From assembly GCA_903832855.1 (NCBI GenBank), contig CAILDB010000012.1, positions 4,368-68,367 of the forward strand: DNA of 64,000 nt, written 5' to 3'. Shown here one piece after another: positions 50,343-60,122 of the stretch. Made by a program: the position numbers and the translations under genes. The notes below the pieces were generated by a model. The model saw only the letters and a list, made by a program, of their open reading frames with translations, made no database searches and was not told the origin of the DNA. The stretch is from an uncultured bacterium. GTDB lineage: Bacteria; Patescibacteriota; Minisyncoccia; Phycocordibacterales; GWA1-40-21. Position 1 is the stretch's first letter. The number at the start of each line of letters is the position of its first letter.

Positions 50343-51344
50343 ATGGGAAAGCATGGAAAAAGGATTATTTATGTTGCCTCGTTTGTCTCCTTAATATTTG
50401 TACTAGTACTATTGTTACCAATCTTTTTGAAATTTTATATTGAACACAGGTCTTCATTATCGACAGCATTTAGTGAATTTCCTGTCACAGTAAATCCAAA
50501 AGACAAAACCATAACTGAAGATGAAAAAGTAAACGAATTTCTAGCAAATAAACATTCTCTACTGGGGGCAACTGTTATTGAAAGTGGAAATTTCTTATGG
50601 AATCTGTTTGAAAATGTCGCACTGTCGATAGCCAATACTCCGTGGTATGAGAATACCGCTAGTGTCGGTAGTCGATTCGTAACTATTCAGCCGGGTATGA
50701 GAAAAGAACAAGTTGCTAATACTTTTGGAGATACTTTAAAGTGGAATAGTAAACAGAAAAAAGAATTTATCACTCCCATAGGTAGCTCAACATTGCCACT
50801 TGCCGAAGGATCTTTTACTCCCGGACTTTATTCTGTCATGATGGGTATGACTCCAGGTGAAGCACAGGCAATTATAAATGAAAGATTTTCTGACGAAGTG
50901 TTGGCTCACTATGGGACAGCGACGCAAAAAATTGTTCCATTAAATGAAGCTTTAATCATAGCTTCACTAATACAAAGAGAGACAGTAAGTACAGATGGTA
51001 TGCGTTTGTTATCTGGTATTATGTGGAACAGATTATTTTTAGGGATGAATTTACAAATAGATTCCACGCTCCAATATGCAAAGGCAAATAAAAGCACGGT
51101 GACGAGCTGGTGGCCAAAAGTAGTACCGAACGACAAATATATATCATCACCGTTTAATACATATAAATATAAAGGTTTACCACCAACACCCATAGCAAAC
51201 CCATCTGTTGCAGCCATTTTAGCAGCACTGAATCCCATAAATACTTCGTGCCTATTTTACTTTAATGATAAGACAGGAGCTTTCCATTGTTCGGACGATT
51301 ATACAGAGCATGTGTTACAAATAAAAAAATATTATGGAAATTAG
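50343..51344 (+). CDS. mltG: Endolytic transglycosylase MltG (YceG family)
   Basis: N-terminal TM helix, ASLIQRE, NRL..GMNLQID, SPFNTY..GLPPTPIANP. Confidence 0.88.
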   Translation: MGKHGKRIIYVASFVSLIFVLVLLLPIFLKFYIEHRSSLSTAFSEFPVTVNPKDKTITEDEKVNEFLANKHSLLGATVIESGNFLWNLFENVALSIANTPWYENTASVGSRFVTIQPGMRKEQVANTFGDTLKWNSKQKKEFITPIGSSTLPLAEGSFTPGLYSVMMGMTPGEAQAIINERFSDEVLAHYGTATQKIVPLNEALIIASLIQRETVSTDGMRLLSGIMWNRLFLGMNLQIDSTLQYAKANKSTVTSWWPKVVPNDKYISSPFNTYKYKGLPPTPIANPSVAAILAALNPINTSCLFYFNDKTGAFHCSDDYTEHVLQIKKYYGN

Positions 51345-51443
51345 AGGCAGAATCCTGTTTCTATTTTTATTGACAAAGGAAATTTAATCTATTTTTTTGC
51401 GTTTAAATTTCTCTTTTTATTTTTATTTTGCTATAATGTTGGC

Positions 51444-52826
51444 ATGGAAAAAATTGGAGAAAAATGTGGGGTCTTTGGTATTTATGGAAAAGGCCTAGAT
51501 GTCAGTCGTCTCACATTTTTCGGGCTATATGCACTTCAGCATCGAGGTCAAGAAAGTTCAGGAATATCTTCTACCGATGGAAATGAAATTTTTTGCCACA
51601 AAAACAACGGTCTGGTCTCTCAAGTTTTCAATGAAGAAATAATTAAAAGTTTGAGAGGACATATCGCGATAGGACACAATAGATATTCTACTTCATCAGG
51701 CTCTGGAGCAGAGCACGCACAGCCTGTCGAAGTGTCTGATGGAAGCATTACTTTGGTTCATAACGGAAATATTCCAAGCGTAGTTAAGCTTCTCGAAATT
51801 TTAAAAAAGAAAAATGTTACACTCACAGATGCTTCTGATTCAAAGATAATTACCGAGATTCTTCATTGTCTAATAAAAGAAGGAAAGTCTTTTGAAAAAG
51901 CAGTTGAAGAAATTTTTCCACTTCTCATTGGTTCGTTTTCTATTTTAATAATGAATAAGGAAAAAATTATTGCCATCAGGGATAGTTTTGGAATTCGCCC
52001 CCTTTCTATCGCAAAATTAAATGGTGGATATGTGTTTGCCTCGGAAACCTGCGCCTTTCATCCTATCGGTGCTGTATATTTTAGAGATGTTGAGCCTGGA
52101 GAAATGGTAGTGGTGGATGAAAATGGTCTGAGAATAAAACAAATAATGAAAGGGAATCAAAAGTTGGATATTTTCGAATTCGTATATTTTTCTAGACCCG
52201 ATAGTGTCCTACTTGGTCAGTCCGTCTATGAAGTTAGGAAAAATTTTGGCATTCGCCTTGCAAAGGAATATAAAATAGATGCTGATGTGGTAATTCCTGT
52301 TCCTGAGACAGCTATACCTGTGGCGATAGGTTATGCAAATGCATCTGGTATACCTTTTGAAATGGGGTTGATAAAAAGCAGATATATTCACAGAACTTTT
52401 ATTGAGCCAGAACAGCATATTCGTGAGCAAGGAGTGAAGCTCAAGCTTGCTCCGCTCAAGGAAGAAATAGAAAATAAAAGAATTATTATTGTTGATGATT
52501 CTATTGTGAGAGGAACGACATCAAAGCAAATGGTTAAAATGCTTTTTGAAACAGGTGCTAGGGAAGTGCATTTTCTTGTGAGTTCTCCACCGGTAAAATT
52601 TCCGGATTTTTATGGCATAGATTTGCCTATTCAAAAACATCTTTTGGCAAACGGAAAAAGTGTTGAGGAGATGCGAGATTATTTGGGTTGTACATCTCTA
52701 AATTTTCTTTCATTTGATGGAATGATAGAAGCAACAAATATTCCTAAAGATAAATTTTGTACCTCATGTTTTTCCGGTATATATCCCATAGACTTATCTG
52801 AAAGGAAGAATGATTTTAATTGTTGA
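51444..52826 (+). CDS. purF: Amidophosphoribosyltransferase, copy 1
   Basis: Propeptide then CG, QHRGQE, GHNRYST, HNGN, VDDSIVRGTT. Confidence 0.95.
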   Translation: MEKIGEKCGVFGIYGKGLDVSRLTFFGLYALQHRGQESSGISSTDGNEIFCHKNNGLVSQVFNEEIIKSLRGHIAIGHNRYSTSSGSGAEHAQPVEVSDGSITLVHNGNIPSVVKLLEILKKKNVTLTDASDSKIITEILHCLIKEGKSFEKAVEEIFPLLIGSFSILIMNKEKIIAIRDSFGIRPLSIAKLNGGYVFASETCAFHPIGAVYFRDVEPGEMVVVDENGLRIKQIMKGNQKLDIFEFVYFSRPDSVLLGQSVYEVRKNFGIRLAKEYKIDADVVIPVPETAIPVAIGYANASGIPFEMGLIKSRYIHRTFIEPEQHIREQGVKLKLAPLKEEIENKRIIIVDDSIVRGTTSKQMVKMLFETGAREVHFLVSSPPVKFPDFYGIDLPIQKHLLANGKSVEEMRDYLGCTSLNFLSFDGMIEATNIPKDKFCTSCFSGIYPIDLSERKNDFNC

Positions 52827-52892
52827 ACTTTTATGAGGCATCGGATTTTCATTGTTTTTTTATTGAAACTGTGTTAGAATAATTTGATGTAT

Positions 52893-53255
52893 ATGACTTT
52901 GGTGACGAAAGAATTTATTGTGGGTATTTTCCTAGTGGTACTCGGTTTTCTTGTTTTTTTTATTTTTGGAGGAAATGCAAAAAATACTTTACCTTTTGCA
53001 GCTGTTTTGTCTATTGATAATTATATTAATATTGCAACATCCACACCCAATGTTGATCAATCAACACTTTTTCATTATATAGAAATAATTAATGGGTGTG
53101 GTCCATATTATAATAATTCCTTGTGTGTAAATATGCGTTCCGGTCCTGGCACAGAATATCCAGCAGTAGTTCGTTTACGAACCGGTGTCGTTTTGAAAGT
53201 GGAGAATACCGTAGTGCAAGACGGATTGTGGTATTTACTGATAAAGAATAGATAA
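52893..53255 (+). pseudogene. Probably truncated membrane-anchored SH3-domain protein
   Basis: TM helix, then VNMRSGPGTEY SH3b-like motif that ends abruptly after WY. Confidence 0.45.
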
Positions 53256-53294
53256 AAAGATATTTTTTCTTATGTGTGCTATAATTAATGTATT

Positions 53295-53579
53295 ATGAAA
53301 AAGAAAAAAACAAATAAGAGAATGAGTAAGAAAATAAAATCTGTTGCAAAGACTGTTGCAAAGAAAACGAAATTGCTTATGGGTAAAGCAAACAAGAAAG
53401 CCAAGAAGGTGGCAAAGTCAATTCAAAAAGAATGGAAAAAAGAAAAGCCTCATCGTGAAGAATATAGAGAAGAATTAAAAAAAGCCGTTGGTAATGCACT
53501 TGAAGATGGTATTAAAATAGGTGGTGATATTTTTGAAACAATTAAGAAAGATATTAAAGAGATCAATAGTAAAAAATAA
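53295..53579 (+). CDS. Basic helical hypothetical protein
   Basis: Lys-rich ORF preceded by TGCTATAAT. Confidence 0.6.
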   Translation: MKKKKTNKRMSKKIKSVAKTVAKKTKLLMGKANKKAKKVAKSIQKEWKKEKPHREEYREELKKAVGNALEDGIKIGGDIFETIKKDIKEINSKK

Positions 53580-53619
53580 ATAAGGTCGTTATTATTAGAA
53601 TTTAATTTAATTTAAATAT

Positions 53620-53787
53620 ATGCAAAAAAGTACAATTTTAGCAGTCAGTGTTGTTTTATTAGTGCTTGGAGTGATTGGTCTTGTGACTAGCTTCTCTACA
53701 TTTTTGATGTGGACTCTCGTAATCTTGGGTTTAGTCGGTCTAGTTTGGGGTTATGTAAATAAACCAAAGGACGGCGAAAAAAAATAA
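53620..53787 (+). CDS. Small two-TM membrane protein (55 aa)
   Basis: Manual translation MQKSTILAVSVVLLVLGVIG...GYVNKPKDGEKK. Confidence 0.6.
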   Translation: MQKSTILAVSVVLLVLGVIGLVTSFSTFLMWTLVILGLVGLVWGYVNKPKDGEKK

Positions 53788-53902
53788 AGGGTATTAAGCC
53801 GTAATAAAAGCAGTAGATAAAAGAAAATCACCCGCTAATAAAGTGGGTGTTTTTTTATCGTGTTGCGTATTAATATAATATATGTGTTACAATTGTAGTA
53901 TT

Positions 53903-54820
53903 ATGAAAAAAACAATAATCACGTTTGCAGTTGTTATTATTCTTGTCGCTGGCGGTATTTATTATTTTATTAATAGCTCACCTAAGGAAGTCGTGGAGGA
54001 TACAAATCAAACTGTTGCAACGACTACCAACACTACTGCAACGACAACCGCTACTAGTACGAAGCCTGTTGATAAAACAATGACTGTAATAGGGAAGTCT
54101 GTAGAGGGAAGAGATATTGTTGCGTATCACTTCGGAACAGGTGCTACCGAACTTTTATTTGTCGGTGGTATTCACGGTGGATATGAATGGAACACAGTAC
54201 TTGTCGCTTACAATTTAGTTGACTATTTGAAGGCAAATCTAGGTGCGATTCCGGCGAACATAAAAGTAACTGTCATTCCAGTACTTAATCCTGATGGTTT
54301 GAATAAAGTGGTGGGTACAACAACTGGCAATTTTTCAAGTCAGGATGTAATCAGTGGAGTAAAGACCCCGGGTTTTGGTCGTTTTAACGATAATGGAGTG
54401 GACTTGAATCGAAACTTTGATTGTGATTGGCAGACAGTTGGTAAATGGCAAAACATGGATGTAAATGGGGGGAGCGCAGTATTTTCCGAACCGGAAAGTT
54501 TGGCTATGAAAAATTATATTGGAGCAAACAATCCCAAAGCAGTAGTTGTTTATTATAGCGCTGCTGGTGGAGTTTATTCTTCAAGTTGCCACAACGGTAT
54601 TTTGCCAGAAACAAACACTCTTACAAAAACTTATGCCAAAGCTTCTGGTTACCCTGCATATGAGACATTTGATTTTTATGCCACAACTGGAGATATGGTA
54701 AATTGGCTTGCTAAAATAAATATTCCTGCAATTAGTGTTCTTCTTACAAATCACAATGATGTGGAATGGTCAAAAAACTTAGCTGGTGTTCAAGCTCTAC
54801 TTAAATATTACGGTAAATAA
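53903..54820 (+). CDS. M14-family zinc carboxypeptidase (MpaA-like), membrane-anchored
   Basis: GGIHGGYE, NPDG, VDLNRNF, SEPE. The later His and catalytic Glu appear substituted (YYS, ISVLL). Confidence 0.85.
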   Translation: MKKTIITFAVVIILVAGGIYYFINSSPKEVVEDTNQTVATTTNTTATTTATSTKPVDKTMTVIGKSVEGRDIVAYHFGTGATELLFVGGIHGGYEWNTVLVAYNLVDYLKANLGAIPANIKVTVIPVLNPDGLNKVVGTTTGNFSSQDVISGVKTPGFGRFNDNGVDLNRNFDCDWQTVGKWQNMDVNGGSAVFSEPESLAMKNYIGANNPKAVVVYYSAAGGVYSSSCHNGILPETNTLTKTYAKASGYPAYETFDFYATTGDMVNWLAKINIPAISVLLTNHNDVEWSKNLAGVQALLKYYGK

Positions 54821-55707
54821 TGAGAGATATTTTTTCTAAGAAAGTCATTGCTGGGGTTGTTCTCCTTGTTGTAATAATCGTTGGTATTTTTGCTTTTGTT
54901 TCTTGGTATAAAAAAGCTGCACCTCCTAAAATAAATAATATTGTAACAGAGATACAGAATACTAGTCCAAAAATAAAAGTAATTGGGACATCAGTCCAAG
55001 GACGAAAAATAGAAAGTTACACATATGGAAATGGAGAAACCCACATTGCTTTTGTTGGTGGTATTCACGGTGGATACGAATGGAACAGCGTTCTTCTCGC
55101 ATACCAATTCGTAGATTATTTGAATGCGAATCCGGATGTGATTCCAAAAAATATTTCTGTATCAATAATTCCATCTGCCAATCCCGATGGAGTGTTCAAA
55201 GTAATTGGTAAAGAGGGAAGGTTTACGATTGCTGACATATCGACGGGTGTATCGGAAGCTCCAGGGAGATTTAATGCAAACAATGTAGACCTCAACAGAA
55301 ACTTTGATTGTAAATGGCAGGCGACGAGTACTTGGCAAAATAAAATAGAGAGTGCCGGAACATCTCCTTTTTCTGAACCAGAGGCCAAAGCTATTCAAAG
55401 TTTTATTTCGGAAAATCATCCCGTAGCCGTAGTTTTTTGGCACAGCAAATCAGACGCGGTGTATGCATCACAATGTAGTAAAGGTATTCTTCCGGAAACT
55501 CTTGATATTATGAATGCATACTCAAAAGCATCTGGGTATCCTGCTGTAAAAACATTTGATGCATATGTGACTACTGGTGCTGCAGAAGATTGGCTTGCGT
55601 CAATAAACATACCGGCGATAACTGTGGAACTTAAAACTCATGAGACTGTAGAATGGGAGAAAAATTTGGCAGGTATTAAAGCACTTTTTGAATATTTCAC
55701 CCTTTAA
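54820..55707 (+). CDS. M14-family zinc carboxypeptidase (MpaA-like), tandem paralog
   Basis: GGIHGGYE, VDLNRNF, WHS, ITVEL. Confidence 0.88.
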   Translation: MRDIFSKKVIAGVVLLVVIIVGIFAFVSWYKKAAPPKINNIVTEIQNTSPKIKVIGTSVQGRKIESYTYGNGETHIAFVGGIHGGYEWNSVLLAYQFVDYLNANPDVIPKNISVSIIPSANPDGVFKVIGKEGRFTIADISTGVSEAPGRFNANNVDLNRNFDCKWQATSTWQNKIESAGTSPFSEPEAKAIQSFISENHPVAVVFWHSKSDAVYASQCSKGILPETLDIMNAYSKASGYPAVKTFDAYVTTGAAEDWLASINIPAITVELKTHETVEWEKNLAGIKALFEYFTL

Positions 55708-55848
55708 AGCTTTTACTAACGCATTATGCAATCGGATTGCATAATGCAAGAAAAGTTGGTAAATATGTTAGGAAGTGTTTTTTTTGTGTTACAATTATTA
55801 GATGAAGGTTTTGTCCAACTTTTCATTAGTAAAAATTTTTTAGGGTAA

Positions 55849-56781
55849 ATGAAAAACACATCATTGGAACATATTGATCTTGGTAAATTGGCCCTTATTT
55901 TAGGCGGTATTTCTTTGGTTGCTATTTTTGCTATCGGTTATTTTGTTTATTTTTCTGTGTCAAAAGATATCGTTGTCTTGAAAAACAATATGTCTTCTTC
56001 TACGCAAATATTAAATCAAAGAATTGCAAACCTAGTAGCGGATTTGGCTTCAACGACTCTTACGAGTCAGGAATTATCCCAGCGTCTACTTGAGGAGCAA
56101 GCAAAAAGTTCATCCTTTGAAGCAAGTCTAAATAACATAACTGGGACGGTCAACAATATATCTGGAACCGTCGGTACTTTGGAAAAACTTTCCAAGACTG
56201 ACAAAGAGTTATTACAAAAATATTCCAAAGTATATTTTCTAAGTGACAACTATGTACCAATGAGTCTTACAAATATAGATAAAAAATATTTATATGATGA
56301 TGCAAAGACTCTCCAATTTCATACATCTGCCTTGCCATTTTTGGTAAGGATGCTTGATCAGGCAAATAATGAAGGTGTCTCTTTAAAAATCGTATCGGCA
56401 TATCGCTCTTTTGGTACACAATCAACTTTAAAAAATGATTATTTAGTAACTTACGGTAGCGGTGCAAATAAGTTTTCTGCGGATCAAGGATATTCCGAGC
56501 ACCAGCTTGGCACAGCGCTCGATATCGCAAACGGTTTGAGTAAGCCGGCCCTAGAGATTAGTTTTGAAGACACCTCTGCATTTACATGGCTTACAAACAA
56601 TGCTTATAGTTATGGATTTATACTTTCATATTCAAAAAATAATGTTTACTTTCAGTATGAACCGTGGCATTGGAGATTCGTAGGAGTTAGCCTTGCTACA
56701 AGGCTCCACAATGACAGAATTACTTTTTCTGATTTAGAACAAAGGATTATTGATACTTATTTAGTAAATATTTTTGATTAA
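55849..56781 (+). CDS. M15B (VanY-like) D,D-carboxypeptidase with TM anchor and coiled coil
   Basis: SAYRS, SEHQLGTALD, EPWHWR. Confidence 0.9.
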   Translation: MKNTSLEHIDLGKLALILGGISLVAIFAIGYFVYFSVSKDIVVLKNNMSSSTQILNQRIANLVADLASTTLTSQELSQRLLEEQAKSSSFEASLNNITGTVNNISGTVGTLEKLSKTDKELLQKYSKVYFLSDNYVPMSLTNIDKKYLYDDAKTLQFHTSALPFLVRMLDQANNEGVSLKIVSAYRSFGTQSTLKNDYLVTYGSGANKFSADQGYSEHQLGTALDIANGLSKPALEISFEDTSAFTWLTNNAYSYGFILSYSKNNVYFQYEPWHWRFVGVSLATRLHNDRITFSDLEQRIIDTYLVNIFD

Positions 56782-56822
56782 AAAATATCTTTTTCTTTTT
56801 TACCTGCTATAATAGTGCCAGC

Positions 56823-58205
56823 ATGGAAAAAATAGGAGAAAAATGTGGAGTTTTTGGAATTTATGGCAAAGGCTTGGATGTCAGCCGTCTCACGTTTTTT
56901 GGACTATATGCACTCCAACATAGAGGTCAAGAAAGTTCAGGGATATCTTCTACTGATGGCAATGAAATATTTTGTCACAAAAATAATGGTTTGGTCTCTC
57001 AGGTTTTTAATGAAGAAATAATAAAAAGTTTAAAAGGTCACATAGCGATAGGGCACAACAGATATTCCACCTCATCTGGTTCCGGTGCTGAGCACGCTCA
57101 ACCCGTTGAAGTGAAGGATGGAAGTATTACTTTGGTTCACAATGGTAATATTCCAAGTGTAGTAAAACTCCAAAAAATTCTAAAAAAGAAAGGTATCAAT
57201 ATCACAGATGTTTCCGATTCAAAGATAATTACTGAGTTATTGCATTGTTTAATTAAAGAGGGGAAGAATTTTGAAAAGGCCGTTGAAGAAATTTTTCCGC
57301 TTCTCATTGGTTCGTTTTCTATTTTAATAATGAACAAAGAAAAAATTATTGCGATTAGAGATAGTTTTGGAATACGCCCCCTCTCAATAGCAAAATTAAA
57401 TGGAGGTTATGTTTTTGCTTCAGAAACTTGTGCTTTTCACCCTATTGGTGCTGTATACTTTAGAGATGTAGAACCAGGGGAAATGGTGATAGTAGATGAA
57501 AGTGGTTTGAGAATAAAACAAATAATGAAGGGTACTCAGAAATTGGATATTTTTGAATTTGTTTATTTTTCGCGACCGGACAGTGAACTACTGGGGCAAT
57601 CGGTTTATGAAGTCAGAAAAAGATTTGGTATCAGGCTTGCAAAAGAATATAAGATAAAAGCAGATGTGATAATTCCTGTTCCAGAGACCGCAATACCTGT
57701 TGCGATAGGGTATTCAAATGCCTCTGGAATACCTTTTGAGATGGGGTTGATAAAGAGTAGATATATTCACAGGACTTTTATTGAGCCTGAACAACATATC
57801 CGCGAACAAGGAGTTAAACTAAAGCTCGCTCCGCTCAAAGAAGAAATAGAAAACAAAAGCATTATTATCGTAGACGACTCTATCGTCAGGGGGACGACAT
57901 CCAAACAAATGGTCAAAATGCTTTTTGAAACAGGCGCTAGGGAAGTGCATTTTCTCGTTAGTTCTCCACCAGTAAAGTTTCCAGATTTTTATGGTATTGA
58001 TTTACCTATTCAAAAACATCTACTTGCAAATGGAAAAACCATAAAAGAAATGCGGGACTATCTTGGGTGCACATCATTAAGTTTTCTTTCTTTCAATGGA
58101 ATGATAGAGGCAACACATATTCCAAAAGACAAATTTTGTACCTCCTGTTTTTCTGGTGAGTATCCTATAGATATCTCAGAAAGGAAAAAAGATTTCAAAT
58201 CTTAG
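56823..58205 (+). CDS. purF: Amidophosphoribosyltransferase, copy 2
   Basis: Same motifs and length as copy 1. Confidence 0.95.
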   Translation: MEKIGEKCGVFGIYGKGLDVSRLTFFGLYALQHRGQESSGISSTDGNEIFCHKNNGLVSQVFNEEIIKSLKGHIAIGHNRYSTSSGSGAEHAQPVEVKDGSITLVHNGNIPSVVKLQKILKKKGINITDVSDSKIITELLHCLIKEGKNFEKAVEEIFPLLIGSFSILIMNKEKIIAIRDSFGIRPLSIAKLNGGYVFASETCAFHPIGAVYFRDVEPGEMVIVDESGLRIKQIMKGTQKLDIFEFVYFSRPDSELLGQSVYEVRKRFGIRLAKEYKIKADVIIPVPETAIPVAIGYSNASGIPFEMGLIKSRYIHRTFIEPEQHIREQGVKLKLAPLKEEIENKSIIIVDDSIVRGTTSKQMVKMLFETGAREVHFLVSSPPVKFPDFYGIDLPIQKHLLANGKTIKEMRDYLGCTSLSFLSFNGMIEATHIPKDKFCTSCFSGEYPIDISERKKDFKS

Positions 58206-58340
58206 ATATGATTATTAAGGGAGTGGATTATCCACAGGTATATTGCATTTTGGAAAATTAGGTCTATAATGGAAAGTATAGAGAAGCACTTCATGAGCAA
58301 GGTGTTTTTCAAATTATTAATAGTAGATAATATTAAAAAT

Positions 58341-58490
58341 ATGTCTTCAAAAACAGTTACTTGGGTCGTCGTTATAATAGTGATCATTTTGATCGGTTGG
58401 TGGTATGCTTCAAGCAAACCAGCTGTCAACAATGGAACAACTGCTACAACTACAGCCACATCAACAGTTTCAACAACAACACAGCAGTAG
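58341..58490 (+). CDS. Small membrane protein with Thr-rich tail
   Basis: TM helix plus TTATTTATST, followed by a hairpin. Confidence 0.55.
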   Translation: MSSKTVTWVVVIIVIILIGWWYASSKPAVNNGTTATTTATSTVSTTTQQ

Positions 58491-58598
58491 TCTATTTGCT
58501 TCGTGTTCTGAAATTTAAAAAGAAAATCCGCCTAGGCGGATTTTCTTTTTGTTTGAAAAAGAGAACAAAAAAGTATAGTGTATAATAGGAGACAAGCT

Positions 58599-59171
58599 AT
58601 GGAAATTAAAAGTGATTATGAATTAATACAAGAATATCTTTCTGGAAATGAAGATGCTCTGAAAGAGATTATTGAACGTCACTACAAAATGGTGTATAGA
58701 TTTTTATTTAACCTTACTCACGGGTCAGAAGAATCATCCGATCTTACTCAAGAAGTTTTTGTAAAAGTCTGGAAGAAGATAAAAAGATATGACAAAAAAT
58801 ATAATTTTAAAACATGGGTTTTTACGATAGCCCGAAATACTGCGATAGACTTCTTTCGAAAGAAAAAGAGTTTGGTTTTTTCGGATTTTGATAATGAGGA
58901 AGGAGGAAATCCTTTTGCGGATACTTTGGAGGACGAGTCGGCTTTACAGGATGATATTTTCGCCGGAAAAGAGGATAGCAAAAAAATAAAAGAAATAATT
59001 GAAGATTTACCGCTGATTTATAAAGAAATTCTCTTGCTCAGATATGAGGAAGAATTAGATTTTGAAGAAATAAGCAAGGTTTTAAAAAGGCCAATTGAAA
59101 CAGTTAGAAGTCAGCATAGGAGAGCCGTATTACTAATGAAAAAAAGAGTTAATTTATCAGATTTTAATTAA
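58599..59171 (+). CDS. ECF RNA polymerase sigma factor
   Basis: DLTQEVF, FKTWVFTIARN, region 4 HTH (TVRSQ..RA). Confidence 0.92.
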   Translation: MEIKSDYELIQEYLSGNEDALKEIIERHYKMVYRFLFNLTHGSEESSDLTQEVFVKVWKKIKRYDKKYNFKTWVFTIARNTAIDFFRKKKSLVFSDFDNEEGGNPFADTLEDESALQDDIFAGKEDSKKIKEIIEDLPLIYKEILLLRYEEELDFEEISKVLKRPIETVRSQHRRAVLLMKKRVNLSDFN

Positions 59172-59208
59172 TGCACTAAAAATGATGCCTAATCCGTATA
59201 AAACAAGT

Positions 59209-59607
59209 ATGAATAAAGATTTAAATTATTTTAATAACCCGACACCACCGGCTGATTTGTATGAGAAAATTGTTTTTAGGGTTCAGAGAGAGGAGGTAAA
59301 ATCTGCTTCAATTAGGTCTGTTTTTCAAGGATGTATCACCCTTGCGTCTTTTGTCTTTGCTTTTCCTATTTTTATCAATGTTTTGAATGGATTTAGCCAG
59401 TCCGGTTTCTGGCAGTATTTTTCACTTATATTTACCGACAGTGCCGTAGTCATAACTCATTTTCAAACTTTTCTAACATCCCTAGTTGAGTCGACACCTT
59501 TCTATGAAATAACGATTTTCCTTGTGGTACTCTTTATTTTTCTCGGAAGTATCAAATATGTTTCGGAAAATTTAAGGCAGGTAGCTTTATTAAAAAAGTT
59601 AGCATAA
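59209..59607 (+). CDS. Membrane protein, putative anti-sigma factor
   Basis: Follows the ECF sigma gene, PP-x-DL-x-x-KI motif, TM helices. Confidence 0.6.
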   Translation: MNKDLNYFNNPTPPADLYEKIVFRVQREEVKSASIRSVFQGCITLASFVFAFPIFINVLNGFSQSGFWQYFSLIFTDSAVVITHFQTFLTSLVESTPFYEITIFLVVLFIFLGSIKYVSENLRQVALLKKLA

Positions 59608-59614
59608 TTTTTAT

Positions 59615-60115
59615 ATGGATATTAAAATGTACAAAGATTTTTTTAGGTCAAAAATATTTTCCGGAATAATAATTGGAATAGGAGTTTTGATTATTGTTGG
59701 TGTAATTTTTCAAGCAGGGAAGTTTGTTGGGCTTAAGAAGGCGGAATTTTCTGGTAGGATGGGGGATAATTACAGTCGCATTTTTGATGGACAAGGAGGT
59801 GAAATGATGGGCTTACCGCCAATAGGTTTGGATTTACCCGGAGGTCACGGTTCTGTCGGTAAGATAATTAAAATAGATTTACCAAAAGTTGTGGTAGAGG
59901 ATAGGGGAAATGTAGAGAAAGTTATTATTGTCGGGGGAAAAACGTTAATACGAGAATTTAGAGATGAAATAAAATCAAGTGATTTGGAAGTCGGAGATTT
60001 TATCGTGGTTTTAGGCAAACCAAATAATATCGGCGAGATAGAAGCTGACTTGATTAGGACAATGCCTGATTCATCTCTTATCATGGGAACGAGTTCTCTT
60101 TTTAGGAAAAAATAA
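59615..60115 (+). CDS. Membrane-anchored hypothetical protein (DUF5666-like beta domain)
   Basis: TM helix, G-x-I-x-KI..DL-x-VGD-x-I-x-V-x-G..A-x-x-IR. Confidence 0.6.
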   Translation: MDIKMYKDFFRSKIFSGIIIGIGVLIIVGVIFQAGKFVGLKKAEFSGRMGDNYSRIFDGQGGEMMGLPPIGLDLPGGHGSVGKIIKIDLPKVVVEDRGNVEKVIIVGGKTLIREFRDEIKSSDLEVGDFIVVLGKPNNIGEIEADLIRTMPDSSLIMGTSSLFRKK

Positions 60116-60122
60116 TTTTACC

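Noticed and set aside
54010-54060. Thr-rich low-complexity tracts (also 58430-58487 and 61690-61760) as tandem-repeat elements
   Set aside because: They are ordinary Ser/Thr linkers of surface proteins with degenerate codons.
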